From Emiliania huxleyi CCMP1516 (Eukaryota), in assembly GCF_000372725.1 (NCBI RefSeq), contig NW_005201327.1:252815-301163 (forward strand): 48,349 nucleotides of DNA. Reading direction: 5' to 3'. The notes under the pieces were generated by a model that saw only the letters and a program-made list of their open reading frames with translations, was not told the DNA's origin and did not search any database. The position numbers and the translations under genes are program-made. Of the stretch, positions 34,929 through 46,233 are shown piece after piece; position 1 is the stretch's first letter; the number at the start of each line of letters is the position of its first letter.

Positions 34929-36508
34929 TTGTCGCTGGCAGTCTCTCCTACCAACCACAGGCACACTGACACAGGGGTGGCAGGGGCGGCGGCACGAGTC
35001 TCCCACATACTATGCGGGCCTCTCTTCAGCTGCCGCATCTGCCTTTGGGACGCCTGCCGTGTGTGCGCCGCCTCGGGCCGCCTCACCCTCCCCGGCAACG
35101 ACGCGCGTTCGAAGCGCATCTCCCGAGTCGGCGAGAGCCTTGAGGCGCAGATCGGTTGGATTGCGAGTGCGGTGGAGAGCAAGGCCGCTGCAGATGACCC
35201 GGCGGCGCTCGCTGGCATTCCCGCGCCCTTTGAGAGGACGTCGTGCTTTGCGTGCGTCCCTCCTGAGGATCGCGCCTGGTGGAGGTTCCTCGTTCCTCCT
35301 GAGTGGGTGCCGCCGCTCCTGGTAGAGGTGCGTTTGCCGTCCGGCCTCCTCCTCCTCGCGCCTCCGCCCCCGGGCAGCGCCGGCACCTACCTGCGCTGCT
35401 CCATTCCAAAAAGCGAGGCGTCGGCGCGCGACCTCGCCTACTGCTCCCAGTGCGGTCGCACCAACTGCCAGTGCTCAGTCAAGACCCAGCTGGCGAGGGA
35501 CTTTGGTCAGCTCAGCCGGCGGCTGTCCTTCAACCGACGCAACACAGTCCGCCGCGTGCAGCTCGACGACCCTGGCGCGTGGGCCGGTGTGAAGGAGGCC
35601 AAGAAGGCGCTCTCCTTCTCGCGCCGCAGAAGCGGCAGCAGCAGCGGCAGACGGACCGCGGCGGAGGAGCCGGCAATGGCGCAGGCGCCGGCAGTGCCGC
35701 TTGGCAGGTCGGCAGGCGCGGCCGAGGCGGCACTGAGGGTGGTCGCGCCCGCTTCGCCTGCCGCTTCCTTCCCTCCGCTCGCCCCCGTGCTGGCGACGCG
35801 TTGGCGGCGGGTGCGCGCGGCAGCCCACCTCGAGTCGATGGCTGGCGCACGGCTTCAGGTACCGCGAGCCCCTGCCCACACACCCGGTGTAGACGCGCCA
35901 TTCTCGAGGGCCCCACCGCAGGTGGCGCCGCTGCCGGCGGGTGAGCAGGGCGTCCGATTCGAGCAAGGCGTGAGGCCACCCGTGGTTCACTCCATAAGTG
36001 ATGCGAGCCCGCTCCGCGGCGTGATCTCCCCGGGCGCCATCGTCGCGTTTGTCGGTCTCGCCGGCAGCTCTCTCCCTAGATGCCGAGTACACATCCTTCA
36101 TGCCCAGCGAGCACTCGAAACGGCATATGCCATTGCGAGCCTCCCTTGAACCTTCCCGGAACCTTCCCGGAACTTTCCCCCTCAGGAGAGTCGACGGATT
36201 GCGCCGCGATGGACGGCGACGCGCTCGACGCGGCCTTGCGAGCGCATGCGGAGAGCGAGCGTCGCACTCTCCACTGGATCGCCGCCGCCGACATCCCCGA
36301 TGTGCTCGCCTCCATCGCCGAGCGCGAGGCGTCGCTGGTGACAGTCAAGGTGCGCACGAGCTGGACCCCGCAGCGGGAGGTCGACTACCGGACGCGTCTG
36401 GCGCTCCCTTCTGGCAAGAGGGCGACGCCGCAGGAGATCGAGGCGGCCACCGCGGAGCTCTCGCTCCAGCTAGCAAACCTTGGGCGCGTTGCGCCCGGCG
36501 AGGCGTGA
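34929..36508 (+). CDS. Hypothetical multi-exon protein, possible PDZ-like segment; start uncertain
   Basis: GEQGVRF...VVHSISDASPLRGVISPG; CSQC...CQC; acceptor-like cag at ~35921 and ~36185. Confidence 0.4.
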
Positions 36509-36674
36509 CAAGACCGGGGATGTGGGGGAGCTGGGACAAACCGACGGGGGAGCGAGTGAGAGGACAGGACCCCTTGCGCCTTGGCCTTGCCACCGGCTTT
36601 ATCTCCCCGAGATACCGGATACCGCCCACCCGCCCCACGGAGCACGGTGGCATAAGGTGTGACTGACGAGGGAG
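36392..36674 (+). repeat. Direct repeat copy 1 (copy 2 at 37984-38278)
   Basis: Near-identical; copy 2 has a short insertion after gagaggacagg and rare substitutions. Confidence 0.95.
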
Positions 36675-36897
36675 AGGCGGTGGTTGGTGGCGGAGGCGGC
36701 GAGGGGACGCGCGAGCGGCGCGGCGGGGTGGACATGTCGCTCAAGGTGAGAAAAGAGTTGAGAAGTTTACAACAATGAATGGGCTTCCGCGTCGGGAGCG
36801 CCGAGCCGTGGAGAGAGCGAAGTACTCCGAGTAAATAACGGCGAAGCTCGCGGCGGAGCCGCCCATGGATGTGGTGTCGTGTTTGTTTTGTGTTTGC

Positions 36898-37902
36898 TCA
36901 CTTCGCGCCGGGGTTGGCGTCGCGCGCGCGGCGCGCGCGCGCATAGCACAAGGCAGCCTCCTCTGCAGTGGCGAATGAGCCAAGGTTCCTGTGCTTTGGC
37001 TTGTGGAGATACGCCATGAAAGGTCGGTGGCGAGTGACCCGCCTCTTGTCCTTTTGGACGCCCTCGAATCCGGTAGCGGTGGTCTCGGAGCGGTACAGGC
37101 TGATGCCCTCCGCCTCTGCATGCCTCAGAACCTCATCTACTGTGAAGGGGGTAGACGGAGGAAGGTGGCGCAGAGATGGATCGTACCTTTGGGGCACGCC
37201 TGGCATCGATGGCGGCGAGACGATTGCTGCGGTGGTGGCCGTGGCCGCGGCTGCAGCCTCCTCGTTGGACGCTTCCGGACCGATAGCCCGAGCGTACGCG
37301 AGAGCAGCTTCCTCCGCCGAGTGGTAGCTGCCTAGCTTCACGTTCACACCGTCAAGTCGCCTTTCTGCGACGAAGCGAAATTTGACGCCGGACTTTCCAT
37401 TGCCAGCCACATGCTTGAAGCCACTTTTCGAGCCAGTTCGAATCAACTGCAGTCCTTCATCCTTTGCTGTTTGAAGGACCTCCTCGGCGGTCATGCGTGG
37501 CTGTTCTGCTCTCTTCTTTTGCAACGATGGATTATCACGGGCATCACGCGCATATGCGAGCGCCGCCTCCTCAGCAGTCACGAATGTACCAAGGCGTTCG
37601 TGCCTTCGCACCGCAGTGAAATGGTGCCCCAAGCTATTCGCAGGCACGGGCACGACGCCAACATAGCCAGATGACCGCTCAGATTTCTCCAGGACGAGGC
37701 TCTCAGCCTCTGCAGCACGCAGCGCTTCCTCACGCAGTTCCTGCTCTTGCTGTGCGTTGAATTGAACGTGCACGGCTCGGCGAGGCAGAATGATGCAGCC
37801 TTCCACCACATCCTCGGCCGCCACTGCAGTACATTCAACAACAGCACAGGGCTCGCCAGCAGGCGGGCCATCGTCCGTCGCGACGAGAACTTCGACCTCC
37901 AT
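36898..37902 (-). CDS. AP2-domain repeat protein (3 units), intronless
   Basis: Three units of A..EGL.L.....SG[YF].GV....LG[ST][FY].[TS]AEEAAL.YAR. Confidence 0.85.
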   Translation of the reverse strand: MEVEVLVATDDGPPAGEPCAVVECTAVAAEDVVEGCIILPRRAVHVQFNAQQEQELREEALRAAEAESLVLEKSERSSGYVGVVPVPANSLGHHFTAVRRHERLGTFVTAEEAALAYARDARDNPSLQKKRAEQPRMTAEEVLQTAKDEGLQLIRTGSKSGFKHVAGNGKSGVKFRFVAERRLDGVNVKLGSYHSAEEAALAYARAIGPEASNEEAAAAATATTAAIVSPPSMPGVPQRYDPSLRHLPPSTPFTVDEVLRHAEAEGISLYRSETTATGFEGVQKDKRRVTRHRPFMAYLHKPKHRNLGSFATAEEAALCYARARRARDANPGAK

Positions 37903-37983
37903 TCTGCGCGCGCCCGCTCCAAGTTTTACACGGAGTGCGAGTAAAACGGCAACGCCATAAAATGAATCACGGACGCGGCACAA

Positions 37984-38278
37984 ACGCGTCTGGCGCTCCC
38001 TTCTGGCAAGAGGGCGACGCCGCAGGAGATCGAGGCGGCCACCGCGGAGCTCTCGCTCCAGCTAGCAAACCTTGGGCGCATTGCGCCCGGCGAGGCGTGA
38101 CAAGACCGGGGATGTGGGGGAGCTGGGACAAACCGACGGGGGAGCGAGTGAGAGGACAGGGCACAGCCGGGGACCCCTTGCGCCTTGGCCTTGCCACCGG
38201 CTTTATCTCCCCGAGATACCGGATACCGCCCACCCGCCCCACGGAGCACGGTGGCATAAGGTGTGACTGACGAGGGAG
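37984..38278 (+). repeat. Direct repeat copy 2
   Basis: Matches 36392-36674. Confidence 0.95.
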
Positions 38279-38544
38279 TTCCCCCTTTTGCGCAGCAACA
38301 CCTTTAACTTTTAGGCCCTCCGAATTCGGATCGGAGCGTAGCGGCCGTAGGCCGTAGCGCGGAGTGGACCCCGAGTTTGGAAAAGGGCGACGGACGCTTG
38401 TGTCCTAGCCTCCAACAAACAACGCCTCCCCGGCGCAGAGGGGCCCCCGGAGGGATGCTCAACCGCCTCACGCCACGCCGCTTGCGGCGGTCTTCTTCCC
38501 AGCTCAGCTGTGGAATCGCGCGTTATTCTTTTTTCAGGGACAGG

Positions 38545-38816
38545 GTGTGCCTGTAATAGTGCTAGCACGCGCCAGTTCGCACCTGTGTCGAAAAAGAAAG
38601 AAAGAAAGAAAACAGACAACCCAAGCCCCAAGGGAGGGATGGGAGAACGGCACGCCGAGCCTGTCTGTTGGAATAATAAATTCTTTTTTCTTAACGGAGT
38701 CGCTTAGCCTTAGGCGGCTCCGGTGGTGTGCCGGTGATAGTACTAGCACGCGCCAGTTCGCACCTGTGTCGAGCCTGTCTGCTGTGAGTGAGTGAGTGAG
38801 TGAGTGAGTGAGTGAG

Positions 38817-38860
<44 letters not shown>
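38545..38860 (+). mobile_element. Putative non-autonomous Penelope-like fragment with ~47-bp terminal direct repeat, followed by (GTGA)n/(CA)n
   Basis: 38545-38591 repeated at ~38726-38772; ttcttaacggagtcgcttag...ggcggctccggtggtg homologous to the reverse complement of ~14338-14372. Confidence 0.55.
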
Positions 38861-38862
<2 letters not shown>

Positions 38863-39087
38863 TGAGAGAGAGTTCCTTTGTTTGGAGCACTTGGAGTGCG
38901 GTCAGTAACCTCACGCCCAGGACCGGGGAGCTGAGAAGCGCACCCAGTTGGCCGGACGCTCGGCATCGGGTTACGGGCAAGAGAGCCCTAGCCCTGGGGG
39001 GTGCGCGGTCGCAGGGCCGGAGCGCCCCTCTACTCCTTTTTAAATTCTTTTTTCGCAAAGACGCGCTCGCAAAGTAGTAAATTCTCC

Positions 39088-40523
39088 ATGCCCGCTCGCA
39101 AACGCGCGCGCCGCGGGGGTGGCTTGACGCCGGCCGGGGAGCGTCCGCTCCTGGTTCCGCTGAACGACCCGGACGGTTCCCACCCCACGCTCCGCGCTCT
39201 CGCTGAGCAGTACCGCGCGCAGCAGCTTTGCGACTGCACTGTCACGGTCGATAGCCGCGCCTTTCTGGCGCACCGCTGCGTGCTCGCGTGCTGATGCTTT
39301 CCGGTGGGTCCGCCTCGTTTGCCGACTCGCAGAGCGCCGCGCTCGAGCTGCCGGAGCTTTGCGCCACCTGCTTTGAGGCGGCGCTCGAATACGTCTACAC
39401 GGGCTCCTGCTCGATCGACGAGGCGGGTCTGCAGACCTTGTTGGAAGTGGCCGGGCGGCTTCAACTCGCGTCGCTGCAAGGCGTCGTCGCGGAGGCGCTG
39501 GAGGCGCGGCTCTCGGTGTCCAACTGCGTCGAGACGTGGAGCTTCGCCTCAGACGCAGCGCTGGTGCGGCTCGAGGCGGCGGCGACCGCCTTCGTGCTCA
39601 AGCACTTTGTGGAGGTGTCGCTCGGCGCCAGCCTCTCGCCCGAGATGATGGGCGTGCTGCTGCGCAGCGAGGACATCGAGGCCAGCGAGGAGGCTGTCTT
39701 CTCGGCCCTCGTGCGCTGGCTCCGCGCTCAGCCCGAGTCTGCGCGCGAGGAGGGCGCGGTGGCGGCGCTGCTGGAGCACGTCCGCTTCGCGGCGATGGAC
39801 CAGAAGTTCGTCCGCGAGACCGTCGAGCAAGAGCCGCTGATGAAGAATGTCCCGGCACTCACGGTGCTCGCGCAGGCGCTTCGCGAGGGGCTGTCAAAGG
39901 AGGGGACGGCGCGGAGCCTGCCTCGCCTTCCACAAGGGGGCGAGTGGGTGATCGAAGCACCAGGTGCGATCGCGGCGGTGGATGGCAAGACGCTGACGTT
40001 CCTCAGTCGGCAAGACGATGATGACGACGACGACAACGAACGCAGTCGGAACGGTTTGGTGCGTCTGAGCGTGCCATTGGCCGCGGGGCGCTACGAAGTG
40101 CGCTTCAAGCTGCTGGAGGATGAGGTGAGAGGCGATAATGCGCGCTGCGGCTTCGGACTGATCAAGGAGGGAGCTTCTGAGGCATTTGAGCTTCAGCCCT
40201 GGTCCCACGGTTTTGGCGTGCAGAATCTTTGGTGGCTCCGGCGCTTCGAGCGCACCGTCTACAGCGAGTGGGAGACGTCCGGGAATTTTGATGATGAGAC
40301 AAACCACCAACCGTACCAGCAGTTCCCCATCCCCTCGGATGTCCGCATCGTGGTCGACATGGATGCGGGCGAGGCTACCTTCTACGTCGACGAGGTCGAG
40401 ATCCCGCACAAGGCGACGGGCATCACGGGGGCCGTCTTTCCGTGTGCCATGGCTTACAAAATGGAGAACTCTCTGGGAAACACCAACGTCGTTGTGTCGT
40501 TCGCGGGCGTGCGGCGGCTGTAG
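39088..40523 (+). pseudogene. BTB-BACK-SPRY-like gene with a frameshift in the BTB domain
   Basis: LCDCTVTV...AHRCVLA then frame change to LMLSG...LEYVYTG; BACK EEAVFSALVRW..VRF; SPRY-like VDMDAGEATFYVD...VFP. Confidence 0.75.
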
Positions 40524-40989
40524 CGCGTTTTGCGATGCCAGCCGCTAACCGCGCGAGGGCGCCCTTGAGTTTTGCTTTTTTCCGCGGCTTTTCTTTTTAT
40601 CGCAGAGTGAGGAAGAAAGTTTCGCGCCACACACAACCGAACTCTTACGTTACAGTCTTGCAAATCAATCCCCCCCCCACATGGACCTGCTACAAGTGCA
40701 TATGTACATGTTCTCATGCACACATGGGCATGTCCCTCCAGCAATTCGTGCCAATTCCCGCCCGCCACAAACCGAAAATAACGCGCCTCGCCGCTGATAA
40801 ACGCGTCGGGCCGGGCGCGTGGTGAGGCTGTTCCTTGCTGCAGCGCGGCGGCGGCGGCGGACCCCCAGCTCTCCACACGGCCGGTTGCCGCGTGGTGGTC
40901 CCGGCTACTCGCGGGCACGCCCTCGCGCCCCGTCCCTTCCCCCTCTCCCACCGCCGCGCCCCCCTGCCCGCGGCGAGGGAGTAGCCGCA

Positions 40990-41230
40990 GCGAGGCAGCT
41001 CCTCGATGCCGCTCGACCAGCGGACGGAGCCCGTGTTCGCGTGTTGACCTCGCAGACGAGGCAGTGCACCGACAGGTTCTCGGAGAGCGAGTCCTCGTTG
41101 CCTAATTAAATTAATTTATTAATTTATTAATTTAAACAATTTAACTCGGAGAGCGAGTCCTCGTTGCCGAACGGGTCGAGGAACGACTTTGAGAGGGCGA
41201 GGAAGCCGCGGAAGAAGACGCATCCGTCGC
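40990..41230 (-). pseudogene. Bestrophin-family C-terminal fragment
   Basis: FFRGFLALSKSFLDPF|GNEDS..NLSV..LVCEVN across intron 41102-41167; upstream frame interrupted. Confidence 0.6.
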
Positions 41231-42492
41231 GTGTCAGTTTAATGACCGCGACCTTGAGTTGGTGTTCGGGCGAGCTCTGCGGTCGAGAGATGTTGCACTA
41301 CTCGTCGACGCGCACGTCACTGGGTGTGGAGGGGAAGTCTCAGCCTTGTTGAAGCGCCCGTGGTGACAGAGAGCCGTGCTATACTTTCTTTCAGCTTCAA
41401 GGGAGGAGAGGAAAGGGGATTCTTTTCAGAGTTGGCCAGAATGTTCGTCGTTTCGTGTCAGTCGATACACGAACCTTTGTAGTATCTCTAGTAACCATAT
41501 AATCAGTCGTATATCATCATGTATGAATATGAGGGTGGGTCATTAACAACGTTGGCGCTCTCAAGGAAAAGGAAAACTAGAAAAACGAACAAAACAGCGA
41601 GCGCGGCGCGTCGCATGGTGGCCGCTCTGCACCGCTCGCTGCTGGCGCGCGATTGATCGCGGCCACGCGCGGGGCGCCAAGCAACCCCGCGGCGGGGCGC
41701 CATCTCGCGCGGCGGGACGCGGCGCTGCGTCGGCGCCAAAACAGACGCGAGCTCGCGGCGCGGCCGCTGCGGCAAAAACATCAACGTCTACTCTCCTCTG
41801 GCTCTGCTCGGCTCGTCTTCGGTCGCGGGCGCGCACGCGCGCAGATGCGCGCGACGCGCGCCCGCGTCGCCGCGCGAAGAGCGATTTCGAACTCGGAGCC
41901 AACCGGCGAGGCGGTGGCGCGCGGCGGCAAAACACGCGGCGTCCGCTTCGTTGAGATGCTGCTGATCTGGCAGCACTAAATGTACTGCTGAGCGGGGCGG
42001 GGCTCGCGGTATACTGCGGCGGCGGACGAAGTCTCGTACCTGTTCGACCCCCTGCCATGGTTATAGCTTCGCGATTGGGGAGGATCTACCTGTCCGACCC
42101 AGCCGACGTCATCAGAAAGGCTGGCAGCCCTCAGCTGAGGGAGTGCGGAGAAAAGAGGAACGGGGTGCCCTTAGTCACAGCTTCCCCCGGGACATGTCCA
42201 CGCTCTGGACGTCCCGGGACATGGCGATGGACGACCGGCCCTCGCGGGCCGGCCCACCCTGAGCCACGCCTGCTGCGCGGCGCTCGCGCGGCGGCGGTGT
42301 GTGTGTGTGTAGGGGGGGGGGGGGGGGCGCAGGGCAGAGGCTCAACGGTCACGTCGGCCGTCGTCCGAGGTTTTGCAGGTTGGAAAAGGGGGGAGGGGCA
42401 GGGGGCCCCTTCCCCCTTTGGCCCACGCCCAATTTAAAATGAAAGGGCGACTTCCCCTTTGTTTTATTTGGGCCTTTACTAATTTTTTTGAG

Positions 42493-44169
42493 TCACACTT
42501 GCACAATCCGCAGATGAGCCCTCCTTCCCGCAAGACTCCTTCCCGCAAGACTCCTAGCAAGACTCCTTCCCCCCGCCGCCGCAATTCTCCGCCCGGCGAC
42601 CAGCAGCGCCGCGGCGACCGTCGCCACCGCCCCCGCCATCGCCGTTGCTGGCGGCGCCGCCCCCGCCCCCGCAGACGCCGCCGCCGGCTCGGCGCGCGCG
42701 AGGAAGGGGATCCATCCGAGCGGGATGTGCACCGTCGCATACCCATGCACCTGCTGCTCCGCGTAGTCCGTCAGCAGGGTCACGCCGCCGGTCCGCGAGG
42801 TGGGCGCCTACAGGAAGGTTCCAGGAAGGTTCCAGGAAAGGGCTAGGAAAGGGCACGCCGCCGGTCCGCGAGGCGGGCGCCTCCCCCCCCCACTCCTTGT
42901 ACTCCTTGTCTGGGCACGGAGAGCCGCAACACAGCCCCTCGCCGTCGGCAGCCGCGATGGCGAGAGCGGCGGCAGCGCAGACGGGCGCATCGCCTACGTT
43001 CCGAATACGCCAGCCTCGGGGCGGGAAGGCGGGGCATTGTGCAGCGTCTTCAGAGCACCGCGTGAAGACAAGAGAGGCGGAGGCGGTGAGTGCAGGTGAA
43101 TGCGGCCGAAGACGATCGAATGCAGTGGAATACGTTGCGCCCTCGAGGGCTAGTTGGGAGACAGGAACACGTATTCAGCTTCTAGGCCCGAGATATGGGG
43201 AGATATGGGGAGATGTGGAGAGGTATTCCGCTTCTAGGCGCATCGCCTTGCCAGGCGTGCCCGGCGGCGCAGGCGGCGTCGCAGGCGAGCATCTGGCGGT
43301 TGCAGGAGGAGGTGTCGTCGGAGCTGCAGCACTCGTCGTGCGCCCTGCGTCGGGCGGAGACGGGACTCGCCGAGTGCGGCGGGTAACGGGCAAGCAGCGG
43401 GCGAGCGGCGGGGGCAGAGAGCAGCGGGCGAGCGGCGGGGGCAGAGAGCAGAGGCCACAGACGGCAGCCGGCAGCGGCAGAGAGGGTACAGAGCAGAGCC
43501 GGCAGAGGGAGAGCGGTGGTGGGAGGTGTGGAGCTGGGCGGAGGCGGTGAGAGGTGCGACGGTGTATCAGTCGCCTTATGCCACCGTTGCATATCCGAAT
43601 ATGCAACGGTGGCATAAGTCCTCGCAAAACTGAGGCGGCACGCTAAGGTCGCAGGTGTGGAGCTGGGCGGAGGCGGTGAGAGGTGAGGTGAGGAGGCGCC
43701 TGCAACAGGCGTCCTCGCAAAACTGAGGCGGCACGCTAAAGTCGCAGGCAAAGTCGTCTCCCGCCTCGTACCTCTCGCGCACGTCGGCGCCGCCGCACCA
43801 GCGCACGCCGCAGTAGGCGCCGCAGGCGCGTAGACCGAACCAGTGCTGCGGGTTGCTGTCCGTAAAGACGTCGATCAGGTCGATGGAGAGCTCGAGGTCG
43901 GAGTGCGGCGCCCCGGGAGGCGACGGCGGCGCGGGAGGGAGCGGCGGAGGCGGCGAGGGCGAGGGCGGCGAGGGCGGCGGCGACGATGGCTCGGGAGGAG
44001 GGGGCGGAGGAGGCGGAGGCGGAGGCGGAGGCGGCGGAGGCGGCGAGGGTGGCGGCAGAGAGGGGGGTGGTGGCGGCTCCGGCGGCGCTGGGGGCGTGGC
44101 GGGCCCCGCCGAGCCCCACCATACGAAGGCGGAGCTGCCCGCGGCGAGCAGAAGCGTGGCGGCGGCCAT
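42493..44169 (-). CDS. Secreted phospholipase A2-like protein with Pro-rich stalk and hydrophobic C-terminus
   Basis: CGAYCG..WC Ca-loop-like motif; splice 43700->43344 builds DACCRAHDECC (catalytic His-Asp). Confidence 0.75.
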
Positions 44170-44454
44170 GGCGCGCGGGGGGAGCAGTGGAGCGGCGGCG
44201 CGGCGGCGTGGCTGCTGGGGAGGCCTAGTGCGCGCACGCTGGACGTGGAGGTACCTCCTTGGTCAAGGTCAAAGAGAAAGTGGACCTATTTGGATTCCCT
44301 CCGCCGCCGCCGCTGCCGCGGCAATAACGGGATTTTCTTTTCTTCTCGACCAGACGCCGTCGGCGGCCTGCCGCCGCTCTCTGCCCTCTCGGCGGCCGCC
44401 ACAGCGAGCACCCACCCGCAGCCCGGGGCCACGCGGCCGGGCACCAGGCCTTCG

Positions 44455-46032
44455 ATGGCGGCTTCGCCCGCCATCGACCTGCGAGAGCCGCTCGCGGCTC
44501 TGTTCAAGCGCGCGGGAGTCGCCGACATCCTCTACCGCAGGTATGAGGGGCGGCTCGCGGAGCTGGGCGTTGGCGATGCCGGCGACCTCCTCGAGGAGGT
44601 CGCTGAGAAGGGCATCGGCTCGCTCGACATCCACGACCGCCAGGCGGAGAAGCTCCGCCGAGCTCTTCTCGGCCCGCGGGGCTGGGGGGACGCAGCTGCG
44701 GTCTTGGCATCCCTCAGCGGCTTGTCGCTGGGCGACACCCCGGCTGGGGTGGCGGCTGGCGATCAGGCGGCTGGTGGCGGGGCAGCGGCTGGCGGCGCGG
44801 GCCGCGGCGGCGCGCGCCCCGAAGAGGCGGACGGCGGTGCCTGCGACGCGCAGGCCGCTGAAGGTGGGTCCGGAGGTGGGACCGAGGGATCCAGTTTGGA
44901 CCCCTTGGAGCCCGCGCTGCCGGAGAGCGGCGATGGGACGATTGCCGCCGAGGGGGGGGAGGAGGAGGTCGAGGACGGGCGGAAGGCGCCGCGGCGCCGC
45001 CGAGGGCGGCGCGGCCGTGGCGCCAGGGGTCGCGGGGGGGGGCTCGAGAAGGTGCCCGACACCGCGGCGGGTTTGGCTGCTGAGCGGCCCAACCAAGTGG
45101 AGGAGGTTTCCACCGGCGGCGCGGCGCCGGCGGAGGGGGAGGAGAGCGGCGCCGTGTCGCCCGATTGTTCCCGAGAGGTCCACACGGCCTCCCTTCTTGA
45201 AGGTGAGGCCTCCATGACCGCCCGCATTGAGTCGCGCGACCTCGAGTCGCGCGCAGCAGGCGCTCAGGATTCTTCTTTTTCCAGTGCCGACCATCGGGAA
45301 CATGAAAGCTGGCGGCGCCGCGGCGGGGCGGCGTGGTGGCGGGCGCATTGGGCGCAGCTGAACGTCGGGCAGTGGCTCGGCGTCGTCGAGCCGTGCTGCC
45401 TCTGCGGGCGGCCCGGGGCGGCGGGCCAGTACACAGGCTTCTGCGCGGCGCCCTATCTCGCCACCACTGACGATCGGTGGGAGGTGCCTGGCCTGCGCCA
45501 GGCATACGTCGCGCATGGCATGTGCGGCGGGCTCTGCCGAGGATGGGGCTGCTGCGAGGCGCGGGGCGTGGCGCAGCCGCAGGATGGGAGCGGCGAGGCG
45601 CGAGGCGAGGGCGAGGGCGAGGGCGAGCTAAGCTCGGACGGCGACTCGGACCGGTCTGCGGGAGACCCTGTGTGGGGCTCGGCGGCGCTGGAGGACGAGT
45701 GGCGCGCCGCGTCTCTCGCGAGGCAGGCGGTAGGCGACGCGGCGTACGCCGCGGCGCATGCTGCTGGCGCTTCGCGGGCTGAGGCGTGCGACGCCGCCGT
45801 GAGGGCGGTGAGGTTGGACGAGGTTGAGGCTCAGTCCTCGTTCCTCGTGCGCGCTGGGTGGTACGGCTCCGGCCGTGATGGGGGCGGGGAGGGGGAGGGG
45901 GCGACGGCCGCACGGAATCGCCGCCGGCGGGGGGCGAGGGCGCGGGCGAAGGAGGAGGAGCCAGAGCCCGGGGAGGATTGGGAGGGGGAGGAGCGGCCGG
46001 AGGAGTACGCCGGCCTCTTTGACGACCCGTAA
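44455..46032 (+). CDS. Hypothetical intronless protein with SAM-like N-terminus and Cys/His cluster
   Basis: YEGRLAELGV...L.I......KLRRAL; CCLC...C...H..C...C...CC. Confidence 0.45.
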   Translation: MAASPAIDLREPLAALFKRAGVADILYRRYEGRLAELGVGDAGDLLEEVAEKGIGSLDIHDRQAEKLRRALLGPRGWGDAAAVLASLSGLSLGDTPAGVAAGDQAAGGGAAAGGAGRGGARPEEADGGACDAQAAEGGSGGGTEGSSLDPLEPALPESGDGTIAAEGGEEEVEDGRKAPRRRRGRRGRGARGRGGGLEKVPDTAAGLAAERPNQVEEVSTGGAAPAEGEESGAVSPDCSREVHTASLLEGEASMTARIESRDLESRAAGAQDSSFSSADHREHESWRRRGGAAWWRAHWAQLNVGQWLGVVEPCCLCGRPGAAGQYTGFCAAPYLATTDDRWEVPGLRQAYVAHGMCGGLCRGWGCCEARGVAQPQDGSGEARGEGEGEGELSSDGDSDRSAGDPVWGSAALEDEWRAASLARQAVGDAAYAAAHAAGASRAEACDAAVRAVRLDEVEAQSSFLVRAGWYGSGRDGGGEGEGATAARNRRRRGARARAKEEEPEPGEDWEGEERPEEYAGLFDDP

Positions 46033-46233
46033 GGGGCCGTCGCCTGCTGTGCCATTTGTAGTGCCAGTCCGAGCCAGTCTGCTGTGAGAGGGGCCTGTAT
46101 AGTAAAATTCTTCTCGACCCGCAGAATTCCCAAGCACGCCCGCGACCGCCCCCGCTGCTGCAACGAGGAGCGCTTGCCACTGCACCACTCTGGTCGCGCG
46201 GGGTGTTTCTGGTGATTCTCGCTCCACAAAACC

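Noticed and set aside
39292..39294. Selenocysteine UGA in the BTB gene
   Set aside because: Downstream coding sequence is in a different frame, so readthrough would not restore it
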